Shown: positions 21,009 to 30,263, counted from the stretch's first letter. The stretch: DNA of 64,000 nucleotides from an uncultured Bellilinea sp. (GCA_938040735.1 CALHYE010000010.1:14806-78805); one strand, 5' to 3'. The notes: a model not told the origin generated them from the sequence alone. Translations and numbers: made by a program.

Positions 21009-21099
21009 ATCTTTTCCCAAGTAGACTTTTTCGAAAATTTTGGTCAAATCTCTTATCCATGGGATAAAGAGAACTCTTGAAGTATTGAAAGGAGATCCT

Positions 21100-22941
21100 A
21101 TGTGCGGCATTGTTGGCTACATTGGGGAACGCAATGCTACTCCCATTGTTCTCAACGGGTTAAAACGTTTGGAGTATCGGGGTTATGATTCGGCAGGGAT
21201 TGCTGTTTTACAGAATGGCAACATCGAAATTCGCCGCGATGCAGGGAAATTAAGTAAACTTGCCAGCCTGGTTGAAAACCAGCCGGTAGAAGGTCATATT
21301 GGGATTGGTCATACGCGCTGGGCAACCCACGGAGAGCCCAGCGCGCGTAATGCTCATCCTCACATGGGGAATAGCCGGCAAGTGGTGGTGGTGCATAATG
21401 GGATTGTTGAAAACTTCCTTGAGCTGAGAGAAGAACTCATGGCAGAGGGAGTGAATTTCAATTCTGACACCGACACTGAGGTGATTGTTCACCTGATCGA
21501 GCGTTTTCTAAGCAGCGGTACCTCGCTTGAAGAGGCTACCCGTCAGGCATTGCGCCACTTGAAAGGTGCGCATGGGGTGGTGGTGATGTCCTCTCTGGAA
21601 CCGGATAAGATCATTGCGGCTCGGATTGGAAACGCTGGCGGGGTGGTTGTCGGAATCGGCGAAAACGAGATGTATGTTGCCTCGGATATCCCGGCCATAC
21701 TGGATCATACCCGTCGAATGGTTTTCCTCGATTCGCATCAGATGGCGGTTATTACCCGCGAGGGTGTCCGGGTGATGACTTTAGATGGCAAGCCGGTGCA
21801 ACCCCAAGAACACCTGATCAGCTGGGATCCGGTGGCAGCCGAAAAGGGGGAATACCGCCATTTTATGCAAAAAGAGATCCATGAGCAAGTGCGTTCGTTG
21901 ACCGATACGCTGGCGGGACGGGTGGATTTTGACGAGGGGGTCATCCGCCTGGCGCAGTTGAACCTCACGCCTGAACTGGCAAAGCGGATTCAGAAAATCA
22001 TCATCACAGCCTGCGGCACAGCGGCTCATGCCGGCATGGTGGGTAAGGTATTGATCGAACGGATCGCGCGTATACCGGTGGAGGTAGATATCGCTTCGGA
22101 GTTTCGCTATCGCGATCCCATTGTGGATAAAAACACGGTTGTCCTGGCAATCAGTCAATCGGGAGAAACAGCCGATACCCTAGCAGCCATGGACGAGGGG
22201 CGCAAGCGCGGGGCGGTATTATGGTCTATTGTCAATGCAATTGGTTCACAGGCAATGCGCATCGCGGATGGGTATATTTCCATGCAAACCGGTCCGGAGA
22301 TTGGGGTGGCTTCTACCAAAGCCTTTACGGCGCCGCTGGTGGATTTGTATATGCTGGCAGTCTTGTTGGCAGACCAGCGGGGGATGCTGAATCCTGAAAA
22401 AAGAAAGCAGTTGGTCAGCGATTTGCGTTTAATCCCGGATCTGGTTGGGCGTTGTCTTGACCGGGAGAGCGAAATCATCCCGGTGGCCAGAGAAATGAAA
22501 TACATTCGGAATATGCTGTATTTAGGACGGGGAATTAACATGCCGATTGCTTATGAGGGGGCATTAAAACTTAAGGAGATTTCGTACATTCATGCCGAAG
22601 CATACCCCGCAGGGGAAATGAAACATGGCCCAATTGCCTTAGTGGATCGGGATATGCCGGTGCTGGCGATTGCTCCACAGGATCCCTGGTATGACAAGAT
22701 GATCAGTCAAATTGAGCAAGCCAAGGCACGCGGAGGCAGTGTGATTGTGGTGGCGACCGAAGGAGATAGCCGTGTGCCGGAATTGGCAGACCATGTCTTT
22801 TGGGTGCCGCCAACCCCTTGGCTACTTTCACCAGTGGTGACGGTCATTCCACTCCAATTGTTTGCCTATCATATCGCCTCTTTGCGGGGATTGGATGTGG
22901 ACCAGCCACGCAATCTGGCAAAAAGCGTAACGGTTGAATAG
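21100..22941 (+). CDS. glmS: Glutamine--fructose-6-phosphate aminotransferase (start at MCGIVG)
   Basis: MCGIVG N-terminal nucleophile Cys, LEYRGYDSAG, HTRWATHG, SQSGET, PRNLAKSVTVE; AAGGAG RBS. Confidence 0.99.
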   Translation: MCGIVGYIGERNATPIVLNGLKRLEYRGYDSAGIAVLQNGNIEIRRDAGKLSKLASLVENQPVEGHIGIGHTRWATHGEPSARNAHPHMGNSRQVVVVHNGIVENFLELREELMAEGVNFNSDTDTEVIVHLIERFLSSGTSLEEATRQALRHLKGAHGVVVMSSLEPDKIIAARIGNAGGVVVGIGENEMYVASDIPAILDHTRRMVFLDSHQMAVITREGVRVMTLDGKPVQPQEHLISWDPVAAEKGEYRHFMQKEIHEQVRSLTDTLAGRVDFDEGVIRLAQLNLTPELAKRIQKIIITACGTAAHAGMVGKVLIERIARIPVEVDIASEFRYRDPIVDKNTVVLAISQSGETADTLAAMDEGRKRGAVLWSIVNAIGSQAMRIADGYISMQTGPEIGVASTKAFTAPLVDLYMLAVLLADQRGMLNPEKRKQLVSDLRLIPDLVGRCLDRESEIIPVAREMKYIRNMLYLGRGINMPIAYEGALKLKEISYIHAEAYPAGEMKHGPIALVDRDMPVLAIAPQDPWYDKMISQIEQAKARGGSVIVVATEGDSRVPELADHVFWVPPTPWLLSPVVTVIPLQLFAYHIASLRGLDVDQPRNLAKSVTVE

Positions 22942-22963
22942 TTATTCCAGCAAAAATAGACTG

Positions 22964-23006
22964 AAAACGGTCTCCTGCTCCGAGCAGTGGGAGACCGTTT
23001 TGTTTT
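22964..23006. terminator. Rho-independent terminator after glmS (probably bidirectional)
   Basis: AAAACGGTCTCC...GGAGACCGTTTTGTTTT long hairpin between convergent genes. Confidence 0.85.
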
Positions 23007-23033
23007 GTGCGCATCCAGATTTCTTCATGAATT

Positions 23034-23636
23034 TTAAAAACTGGCAGGGCGCTTGACCCAATTTTCCAAATCTTCGGGAAAGCGATGGTTTTGAAGAGTG
23101 TGTAATAATTGTTGGGGGTTATCCTCCATCGTGAATAAATGGCGGTGATTGGCATAAATAAATCCTTCTTTTTGGGCATGTTCAATCAAGCCCATTAACG
23201 GAACAAAATAGTTATTGATATTCAACAGTCCCACCGGTTTGCGGTGGATGCCAATTTGAGTCCAGGTGAGGGTTTCGAATAATTCATCGAATGTGCCAAA
23301 ACCGCCCGGCAAAGCAATAAAAGCATCGGCCAACCGGCTCATCAAGGCTTTGCGCTGGTGCATGTCTTCTACAAGCTTTAATTCACTGAGTTGATTGTGA
23401 ATTAATTGGGGTTGAAAAAGGGAGTGGGGTACCACACCAATGACAGTGGCGCCAGCGTTGAGAGCCGCATCGGCTAAAGCGCCCATCAATCCAGTTTTTC
23501 CACCCCCATATATGATTTGAAGGTTGTTTTTTGCCAGTAAAACCCCTAATTCTGCCGCGCCGTCAAGGTAAGACTGGGCAAGGTGATCGGCAGAACCGGC
23601 GAAGACACAAATGGATCGGATCGAATGGGTATTCAT
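23034..23636 (-). CDS. LOG-family nucleotide phosphoribohydrolase (TIGR00730-like)
   Basis: YGGGKTGLMG, MHQRK and PGGFGTFDE motifs. Confidence 0.93.
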   Translation of the reverse strand: MNTHSIRSICVFAGSADHLAQSYLDGAAELGVLLAKNNLQIIYGGGKTGLMGALADAALNAGATVIGVVPHSLFQPQLIHNQLSELKLVEDMHQRKALMSRLADAFIALPGGFGTFDELFETLTWTQIGIHRKPVGLLNINNYFVPLMGLIEHAQKEGFIYANHRHLFTMEDNPQQLLHTLQNHRFPEDLENWVKRPASF

Positions 23637-23697
23637 AAACCAATTTTATCGGATTTTTGGATAAGACATGGGGATTGTTTGTATCACCCCAAAGCAC

Positions 23698-23712
23698 ATG
23701 ACATTCGTCCTA
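23698..23712. promoter_or_regulatory. Operator-like imperfect palindrome ATGACATTCGTCCTA upstream of the decaheme gene
   Basis: 14/15 identical to the reverse complement of 26177-26191; upstream of TATAAT at 23773-78. Confidence 0.55.
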
Positions 23713-23903
23713 ATTTGACTGTAATATCAGAATTCAGACCAATTTAATATTGTATTAATAATGCAGAGTCGGTATAATTTTTTCTAATGAGGCTTTAATC
23801 TAACCCAAAGGAGGTGGTTTTCGGTAAGAATTCTAATGAGGCATTTTGAGCAAGAATTTTCACCCAATTTCCCAAAATTTTTAAGAAAGGATGGAGAGAC
23901 AAT

Positions 23904-26090
23904 ATGACACGAAGACTACTCAAAGGCTTCCTCATGGTCGTCCTGATTGTAGTAGTTGGGGTTGTTGTGACGGCCTGTCAACAAGCAACTCCAGAGCCTA
24001 CACAGCCACCTGCTCCACCACAACCTACTGCGGTACCGTGTCCAACAGCCGCACCCTGCCCGGCAGCGCCGGATTTATCCAGTGAAGTGCCGTATTATGT
24101 TTTGTGGATGAATTCAGGTCACGCTGATGCAAGCTCTCTTGCCTTCCGCTTCTGGGATAAGGAAAATCCGGCAGAGGTGCCCACTTACTGTGCCAAATGT
24201 CACAGCAGCGCTGGTTTTCTGGACTATATCGGGGCTGATGGCAGCCAGGCATTCGTAGTGGACAAAGCCGCGCCAACCGATACGGTCATTAACTGCAATA
24301 CCTGTCATAACCCAACGACCGAAGCCCTCACCACGGTGAAGTTCCCGTCTGGTGCGGAATTGACCGGTTTGGGACGGGAAGCCGTATGTATGACTTGCCA
24401 TCAGGGCAATGCTTCCATGGTTCAGGTGGATGAGGCCATTGCAAAAGCCGGCGCGACAGATGAAGATGCTGTTGTCGGAGAACTTGGCTTTATCAATATC
24501 CACTATTACGCCGCCGCAGTCAGCCGATACGGCGCACAGGTAAAAGGTGGTTACCAGTATCCCGGAAAATCGTATGATGTCCTGTTTGAACACGTTTCCG
24601 GCGTGCAGACATGCCAGGATTGCCACAACTCTCACTCACTAGAATTAAAGACGGAAAGTTGTGTAACCTGCCACCCGGGTGCTAATACGGTTGAAGGAGT
24701 GCGGGCGATCCGCATGGCTTCTTCCCTGACCGATTACGATGGCGATGGGGATATCCAAGAAGGATTGGCAGATGAAATCGCCGGTTTGCGGGAGATGTTG
24801 TTCACTGCGATTCAGGCGTATGCCAAAGAAGTGGCCGGTACGGCAATTGTCTATGACAAGAATGCTTATCCGTACTTCTTCATTGATACCAATGAAAACG
24901 GCAGCGTTGATGAAGGCGAAGCCATCTTCCCCAACAAATATGCCTCTTGGACACCGCGGTTAGAGAAGGCTGCCTTTAACTTCCAGGTGGCTATGAAAGA
25001 CCCCGGCGGTTATGCTCATGGTGGAAAATACATCATCCAACTGCTGTACGATTCGATTGAAAGCCTGAACGAAAAATTATCCACTCCGGTGGATTTAACG
25101 ATGGCAAACCGCGTGGATGCCGGGCATTTTGACGGTTCAGCCGAATCCTTCCGTCACTGGGATGCAGAGGGCAAAATCCCGGGTGTGTGCGTCAAGTGCC
25201 ATACCGCCGATGGATTGCCGCAATTCCTGGCAGAAGGTGTCAATATTTCAATGGCGCCTTCCAATGGGCTGCGCTGCGAGACCTGCCACAACGATCTGTC
25301 AACTTTCTCGTTGTATCAGGTCGAAACCGTCACCTTCCCCAGCGGCGCAAAATTGGGGTTTGCAAACAGCCCCGATGATAATTTGTGTCTCAATTGCCAT
25401 CAAGGCCGTGAATCGACGGTGAGCGTCAATCGCGCCATCGCTGGTTTGGAACCGGATACCCCGTCCGATAAACTGACCTTCCGGAATATCCACTACTTTG
25501 CAGCCGGAGCAACGCTGTTCGGTTCGGAGGCGCAAGGTGTTTATCAATACGCTGGCAAAGAATATGTTGGCAAGTTCGAGCATATTCCCAACTATCAAGC
25601 CTGCTCCGATTGTCACGATGCTCACAAACTCACGGTTGAGGTAGGCGCTTGCCGGGCTTGCCATCAGGTGGAGGATGTAACCCAGATACGTCTGGAAGAT
25701 CCGAAAGTGGATTACGATGGCGATGGTGATGTTAATGAAGGGATCAAGGGCGAAATTGACACCCTGGCTGAGATCCTTTATCAAGCCATTCGCGCCTACG
25801 GCAAAGATGTAGCGGGTTCGCCGATTGCTTATTCGCCAACCGCTTATCCATACTTCTTTGTGGATAAAAATGAGGATGGAGTTGCCTCTCCAGATGAGGC
25901 GATCTTCCCCAATCGGTATACATCCTGGACACCCAGATTGCTGCAGGCAGCATACAATTATCAGTATGTCAAGAAAGATCCGGGCGGGTATGTGCATAAT
26001 GGCAAATACATCTTGCAGGTGCTGTATGACTCGATTGTGGATCTGAGCGGCAAAGTGCAGGTCAATACGGCTAATTTAAAGCGGCCGTAA
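23904..26090 (+). CDS. Decaheme c-type cytochrome lipoprotein (two tandem pentaheme modules)
   Basis: Lipobox VVTAC after a hydrophobic signal, Pro-rich linker, 10 CxxCH motifs (CAKCH, CNTCH, CMTCH, CQDCH, CVTCH, CVKCH, CETCH, CLNCH, CSDCH, CRACH). Confidence 0.93.
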   Translation: MTRRLLKGFLMVVLIVVVGVVVTACQQATPEPTQPPAPPQPTAVPCPTAAPCPAAPDLSSEVPYYVLWMNSGHADASSLAFRFWDKENPAEVPTYCAKCHSSAGFLDYIGADGSQAFVVDKAAPTDTVINCNTCHNPTTEALTTVKFPSGAELTGLGREAVCMTCHQGNASMVQVDEAIAKAGATDEDAVVGELGFINIHYYAAAVSRYGAQVKGGYQYPGKSYDVLFEHVSGVQTCQDCHNSHSLELKTESCVTCHPGANTVEGVRAIRMASSLTDYDGDGDIQEGLADEIAGLREMLFTAIQAYAKEVAGTAIVYDKNAYPYFFIDTNENGSVDEGEAIFPNKYASWTPRLEKAAFNFQVAMKDPGGYAHGGKYIIQLLYDSIESLNEKLSTPVDLTMANRVDAGHFDGSAESFRHWDAEGKIPGVCVKCHTADGLPQFLAEGVNISMAPSNGLRCETCHNDLSTFSLYQVETVTFPSGAKLGFANSPDDNLCLNCHQGRESTVSVNRAIAGLEPDTPSDKLTFRNIHYFAAGATLFGSEAQGVYQYAGKEYVGKFEHIPNYQACSDCHDAHKLTVEVGACRACHQVEDVTQIRLEDPKVDYDGDGDVNEGIKGEIDTLAEILYQAIRAYGKDVAGSPIAYSPTAYPYFFVDKNEDGVASPDEAIFPNRYTSWTPRLLQAAYNYQYVKKDPGGYVHNGKYILQVLYDSIVDLSGKVQVNTANLKRP

Positions 26091-26119
26091 GCGCATCGAG
26101 TCTAATCGAGTGTGAATGT

Positions 26120-26154
26120 AAATCAACCCCTGCACCAGCAGGGGTTGATTTTTT
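26120..26154 (+). terminator. Rho-independent terminator after the decaheme gene
   Basis: AATCAACCCCTGC-ACCA-GCAGGGGTTGATT followed by TTTT. Confidence 0.9.
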
Positions 26155-26176
26155 GTGTCAAGTATCATTGGATAAA

Positions 26177-26191
26177 TAGGACGAATTTCAT
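26177..26191. promoter_or_regulatory. Operator-like site TAGGACGAATTTCAT upstream of the nonaheme/cyt b operon
   Basis: Inverted near-copy of 23698-23712; TATAAT at 26235-40 downstream. Confidence 0.55.
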
Positions 26192-26325
26192 GGTTTTTCG
26201 TGAGTGACGATTAAGGATATTTTAGAGTTTAATGTATAATTAATTTTGTTTGTAAGTCCCCTCTTTCATTATTGGTAAAGTTTCCCGTATATTTAAGAGC
26301 CTTAAGGCAAGGAGCGTTCATACTC

Positions 26326-27630
26326 ATGGCGAACAGTCACAGATTACCTCCAATACTGCGTGTTGTAACAATTGCCTTTGCGCTTATCGCAATTATCCTG
26401 CTAGGAGTTGCGTTCCTAAACCAGCCTCAGTCAGCGCTGGCTGAGGCAAGCTTGAGCGAAAAATTTCAATTACCGAATAATGCGGCCTGTCTTTCGTGTC
26501 ACATGGTTGAAGGTCAGATCAAAGAATTTCCGAATGGTGATTTGATTTCGGTCGTCATTGCCCCTGAAACCTATGGTCTCTCTGCTCATGCCACTTTAAG
26601 TTGTCAGGTTTGCCATACCAATATCAGCGGTTACCCCCACCCTGAAAATCTGGCTCAATCCAGCCGCGAATACACCCTGCAGTATCAGAATACCTGTAAT
26701 CAGTGTCATCCTTCTCAGGCGACAGAATTAATGGATAGCGTACATTCAAGGGTAATGGCTGAGGGTAATCCGAATGCACCAATCTGTGCGGATTGCCACA
26801 ATCCTCACCAACAACCTAACATTGAAAAAGACGAGCAAGGCCGCCTGACTACGGTGGAACATGCGCAATCGGCGATGGTGTGCGGGCAATGTCATAGTAC
26901 GATTTACGATGAATATGCCAAAAGCGTTCACGGCACAGGTGTGCTGGTGAATAAAAATCCGGATGTGCCGTCCTGCATTGATTGTCATGGCGTTCATAAT
27001 GTAAGCGGCCCAAGCGGCGGAGCGGTATTTCGGTTATCCTCTCCTCAAATTTGCGCTGACTGCCATACCAACGAACAGATCATGTCCAAATATGGACTTT
27101 CAACTCAGGTGCTGCAGACCTACATTGCAGATTTTCACGGCACGACCGTAACCCTGTTTGAAAAACTCGACCCGGATCAGCAAATCAACATGCCGGTTTG
27201 TTACGATTGCCACGGCGTGCATGATATTCGCCGGTCTGACGATCCCGAGAAAGGGCTGCATGTAAAACAAAACTTGCTGGCTACATGCCAGAAATGCCAC
27301 CCCGATGCTACAGAAAATTTCCCTGACGCATGGTTGAGTCATTATATCCCCGACCGAAACCGCTATCCGCTGGTGTATTGGGTAAATGAATTTTACAAGT
27401 ACTTTATTCCGACTGTGCTGGGAGGAATGGGACTGTTTGTGGTCAGCGATATTTATCGAAGATGGGTGGTTGATCGAAGAAGGAAACGCACCTTCCCTGC
27501 CGAAACGGATGAAGGTCAAGAGGGTAAACTGGAAAGCACCAATACCGAAGATCAATCCGAAGAAAAACCAGCTGAGGAGCAAAACCAATCCATGGATGAC
27601 AACCGGCAGGATGAGGAGAATTCCCAATGA
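26326..27630 (+). CDS. Nonaheme c-type cytochrome with N-terminal signal/TM and C-terminal TM anchor
   Basis: 9 CxxCH motifs (CLSCH, CQVCH, CNQCH, CADCH, CGQCH, CIDCH, CADCH, CYDCH, CQKCH); AAGGAG RBS before ATG 26326. Confidence 0.92.
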   Translation: MANSHRLPPILRVVTIAFALIAIILLGVAFLNQPQSALAEASLSEKFQLPNNAACLSCHMVEGQIKEFPNGDLISVVIAPETYGLSAHATLSCQVCHTNISGYPHPENLAQSSREYTLQYQNTCNQCHPSQATELMDSVHSRVMAEGNPNAPICADCHNPHQQPNIEKDEQGRLTTVEHAQSAMVCGQCHSTIYDEYAKSVHGTGVLVNKNPDVPSCIDCHGVHNVSGPSGGAVFRLSSPQICADCHTNEQIMSKYGLSTQVLQTYIADFHGTTVTLFEKLDPDQQINMPVCYDCHGVHDIRRSDDPEKGLHVKQNLLATCQKCHPDATENFPDAWLSHYIPDRNRYPLVYWVNEFYKYFIPTVLGGMGLFVVSDIYRRWVVDRRRKRTFPAETDEGQEGKLESTNTEDQSEEKPAEEQNQSMDDNRQDEENSQ

Positions 27631-28805
27631 GCAAAGATCAGAAAACCTACACGAGATTTGAAGTCGCCCAGCGGATTGAACACATCGTTCTGATTGTAAC
27701 CTTTACGACTCTGGCGGTTACCGGTCTGGTGCAAAAATTTGCTCAGAGTTCCATTTCTATTTCCATTATTGCGGCATTGGGTGGGATTGAAATGACTCGC
27801 ATCATTCACCGGGCCGCATCGGTGGTGTTTTTAGTGCAGGCAATTTACCATTTGGTTGCCATTGGATACAAACTGTATGTTGAACGCAAACAAGCCAGCA
27901 TGCTGCCGGGATTCAAGGATTTACAGGATGCCTTTCAGCATTTTCTGTATAACCTTGGATTGCGGAACGAACGCCCGAAGATGGATCGGTATAATTTTGT
28001 TGAGAAGGCAGAATATTGGGCAATGGTCTGGGGGTTGGTATTGATGGCCTTAACCGGTTTCATGATGTGGAACCCGATTGCCACTGCTCGACTTCTGCCG
28101 GGGCAGGCGATTCCGGCGGCAAAGGTTGCCCACGGCGCTGAGGCCATTCTGGCTGTTTTGGCAATTTTTATCTGGCATTTTTATCACGTCCATCTAAAAA
28201 CCTTTAATAAAAGCATGTTCACTGGCAAGTTGAGTCGGCATGAAATGGAAGAGGAGCATGCGCTCGAACTGGAAAAAATTGAAAAGGGACTGATTCCACC
28301 TCCTCCCCCGCCGGAAGTATTGCAAAGGAGAAAGCGGATTTACTACCCAGTTGCGGCGGTACTGAGTCTCATCCTCCTGTTTTTCGTCTATCGCTTTGTG
28401 ACATTCGAGGAAACGGCCATTACGACGGTTTCCCCGGTTTCAGCCCGGGCGGAGGATGTGTTTGTCCCGCAAACGCCTACACCGCTGCCAACCCGGCCGC
28501 CCACACCCACTCCTTTCCCGACACAGGAGGGACAAATTTTAGACGGGCCTCTAAGTTGGAATAGTGGGATTGGACAGATCATTAATCAACGCTGCGGCAG
28601 TTGCCACGGGGCGATGGGCGGTTTAGCCCTGAACAGTTATGAGGCAGCCATGAGAGGCGGAAGGTCTGGCGCGGCGATTGTGGCTGGAGATGTGGAAGCA
28701 AGTCCGTTGGTCACGCTTGTTCGAGACGGAAAACACCCCGGCAAATTTGAGCCGCAGGAACTTGACCTGATTGTGCGCTGGATTCAAGAGGGAGCCCCGG
28801 AGTAA
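27627..28805 (+). CDS. FdnI/HydC-type cytochrome b membrane subunit fused to a C-terminal monoheme c domain
   Basis: RIEH, IIHR, VAHG and WHFYHVH heme-b His motifs, RYNFVEKAEYW, Pro/Thr linker, CGSCH; ATGA overlap with the upstream gene. Confidence 0.9.
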   Translation: MSKDQKTYTRFEVAQRIEHIVLIVTFTTLAVTGLVQKFAQSSISISIIAALGGIEMTRIIHRAASVVFLVQAIYHLVAIGYKLYVERKQASMLPGFKDLQDAFQHFLYNLGLRNERPKMDRYNFVEKAEYWAMVWGLVLMALTGFMMWNPIATARLLPGQAIPAAKVAHGAEAILAVLAIFIWHFYHVHLKTFNKSMFTGKLSRHEMEEEHALELEKIEKGLIPPPPPPEVLQRRKRIYYPVAAVLSLILLFFVYRFVTFEETAITTVSPVSARAEDVFVPQTPTPLPTRPPTPTPFPTQEGQILDGPLSWNSGIGQIINQRCGSCHGAMGGLALNSYEAAMRGGRSGAAIVAGDVEASPLVTLVRDGKHPGKFEPQELDLIVRWIQEGAPE

Positions 28806-28822
28806 GAAATTTCCGAGGTTAT

Positions 28823-28861
28823 AAAAAAATACAGCCGCAATCAGGATGATTGCGGCTGTAT
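28823..28861. terminator. Terminator hairpin between the convergent cyt b and regulator genes
   Basis: ATACAGCCGCAATC/GATTGCGGCTGTAT 14-bp stem; U-run on - strand; overlaps the regulator stop codon. Confidence 0.75.
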
Positions 28862-29476
28862 GCTTACCTGGGCTGAGAACCGACAGGTGAGCGGGGATGA
28901 TTGATCGGGGTGAATATGTTGCTCCAGTGTGATTTTTGCGCCGATATGATTTTGCAGGATCATTCGATCCACTTCGCACAACTCTGGAAATTGAGACAAT
29001 AGCTGGCGGTAGGGACAGTTCGCAAAGATAATACAAGGGCCGTTTGGACGGGCCTCCCAACGGGCTGCATAGCCAGAATGGTTCAGGCGATTGACAAGTT
29101 GAATGATCTTTGGGGTGAAGGAGCCGCCCGTATTGGTTTTGGGCGGAAATAGCAGGGCGGCCAGACTCCGCAATGTGTTTTCTTTATTGTCCGCAGTATC
29201 CTTGAGGAGAATTGAAAGGGCTGCCCGTGCCAGAGAAAGCGTATTACTCGGTTGGGCTTCTTGAGAAAGAGAATAGGATCGCGCCGGCCGCCCGCGTTGA
29301 CCATTTGAGGTTTTGGAAGAGAGCCTCACCAGATTTTGTTTGAGTAAGGCGGAAAGATGGTAACGGATATCGGCTGGCGTTACCCGAAGGGCGCGGCTGA
29401 GTTGACGAACGGTAGAGTTCGGATTTTGGGATAAAAATTCGAGAATGAGTTGAGCCGTGTTCTTTTCCATCTTCAA
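28841..29476 (-). CDS. HTH transcriptional regulator, SufR/ArsR-like with C-terminal Cys cluster
   Basis: HTH (TVRQLSRAL..TPADIRYHL), RGRPARSYSL wing, NCPY...ELC...TCRF. Confidence 0.82.
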   Translation of the reverse strand: MKMEKNTAQLILEFLSQNPNSTVRQLSRALRVTPADIRYHLSALLKQNLVRLSSKTSNGQRGRPARSYSLSQEAQPSNTLSLARAALSILLKDTADNKENTLRSLAALLFPPKTNTGGSFTPKIIQLVNRLNHSGYAARWEARPNGPCIIFANCPYRQLLSQFPELCEVDRMILQNHIGAKITLEQHIHPDQSSPLTCRFSAQVSIQPQSS

Positions 29477-29488
29477 TTACGCAAAAAT

Positions 29489-29535
29489 ATTTTATCTTAA
29501 TTATTGGTTGACAGTCAAGCAGGATGCGGTAGAAT
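29489..29535. promoter_or_regulatory. Overlapping divergent promoters sharing the palindrome TTGACAGTCAA
   Basis: + strand: TTGACA (29508-13)-16 nt-TAGAAT (29530-35); - strand: TTGACT-18 nt-TAAAAT. Confidence 0.6.
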
Positions 29536-29600
29536 AGTGAGTAACCACACACCTGCTCTACTTTCTCCAACAGTATTGAAACGAAGAAAGGTCTTCTGCA

Positions 29601-30263
29601 ATGGGTGATGAGAACTTAAATTCTGCGGGATATGAGATTCCTCCTGAAATGCAAAGTCAGGTGGCGATCACGACTTTGGATAAAATTTATAACTGGAGTC
29701 GGAAAAATTCGCTTTGGCCGATGATGTTCGGGCTGGCCTGTTGCGCAATTGAAATGATTGGTACGGCTGCCAGCCGTTTTGATTTTTCCCGCTTTGGAAT
29801 GGAAGTGATGCGCCCCAGTCCGCGGCAGGCGGATTTGATGATCGTCTCCGGTACGGTGACCAAGAAAATGATTCCACAGATTGTGCGGTTGTACAATCAG
29901 ATGCCAGAACCGCGCTATGTGATCGCCATGGGGGCTTGCGCTTCGGGCGGAGGGCCTTTTAAGGAAGGTTATACGGTTGTTGCCGGAGTGGATAAATTCA
30001 TCCCGGTAGATGTGTATATTCCCGGCTGTCCGCCCACCCCTCAAGCATTGCTGCACGGTTTTATCACCTTGATGAAAAAGATTGAAAAACAATCGCTCCG
30101 CAGCGTGCCATGGTATCAAAAAACCCCTGGCGAACCAATTCCCATCCCAATCCTCGGGCCGGATTTGATGGATCCGCGGAAATTTGATCAGATCAAACAG
30201 GTCTGCGGCAAACTGGCAGAACAAGGAAATGAACCAGCGGAGGGAGAAGCCGCCCATGAATGA
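29601..30263 (+). CDS. nuoB: NADH-quinone oxidoreductase subunit B
   Basis: [22 protein letters not shown] and YIPGCPPTP motifs. Confidence 0.97.
   Translation: MGDENLNSAGYEIPPEMQSQVAITTLDKIYNWSRKNSLWPMMFGLACCAIEMIGTAASRFDFSRFGMEVMRPSPRQADLMIVSGTVTKKMIPQIVRLYNQMPEPRYVIAMGACASGGGPFKEGYTVVAGVDKFIPVDVYIPGCPPTPQALLHGFITLMKKIEKQSLRSVPWYQKTPGEPIPIPILGPDLMDPRKFDQIKQVCGKLAEQGNEPAEGEAAHE

Noticed and set aside
21040-21099. N-terminal extension of GlmS given in the ORF track
   Set aside because: GlmS needs Cys at position 2, and the RBS precedes ATG 21100
24114-25997. Long antisense ORFs (173 aa and 232 aa) within the decaheme gene
   Set aside because: Shadow frames of a strongly coding gene; no motifs or RBS seen
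29616-30257. 213-aa antisense ORF over nuoB (likewise 1974-2690 and 43157-43723)
   Set aside because: Shadow ORFs opposite conserved genes, with no recognisable domains
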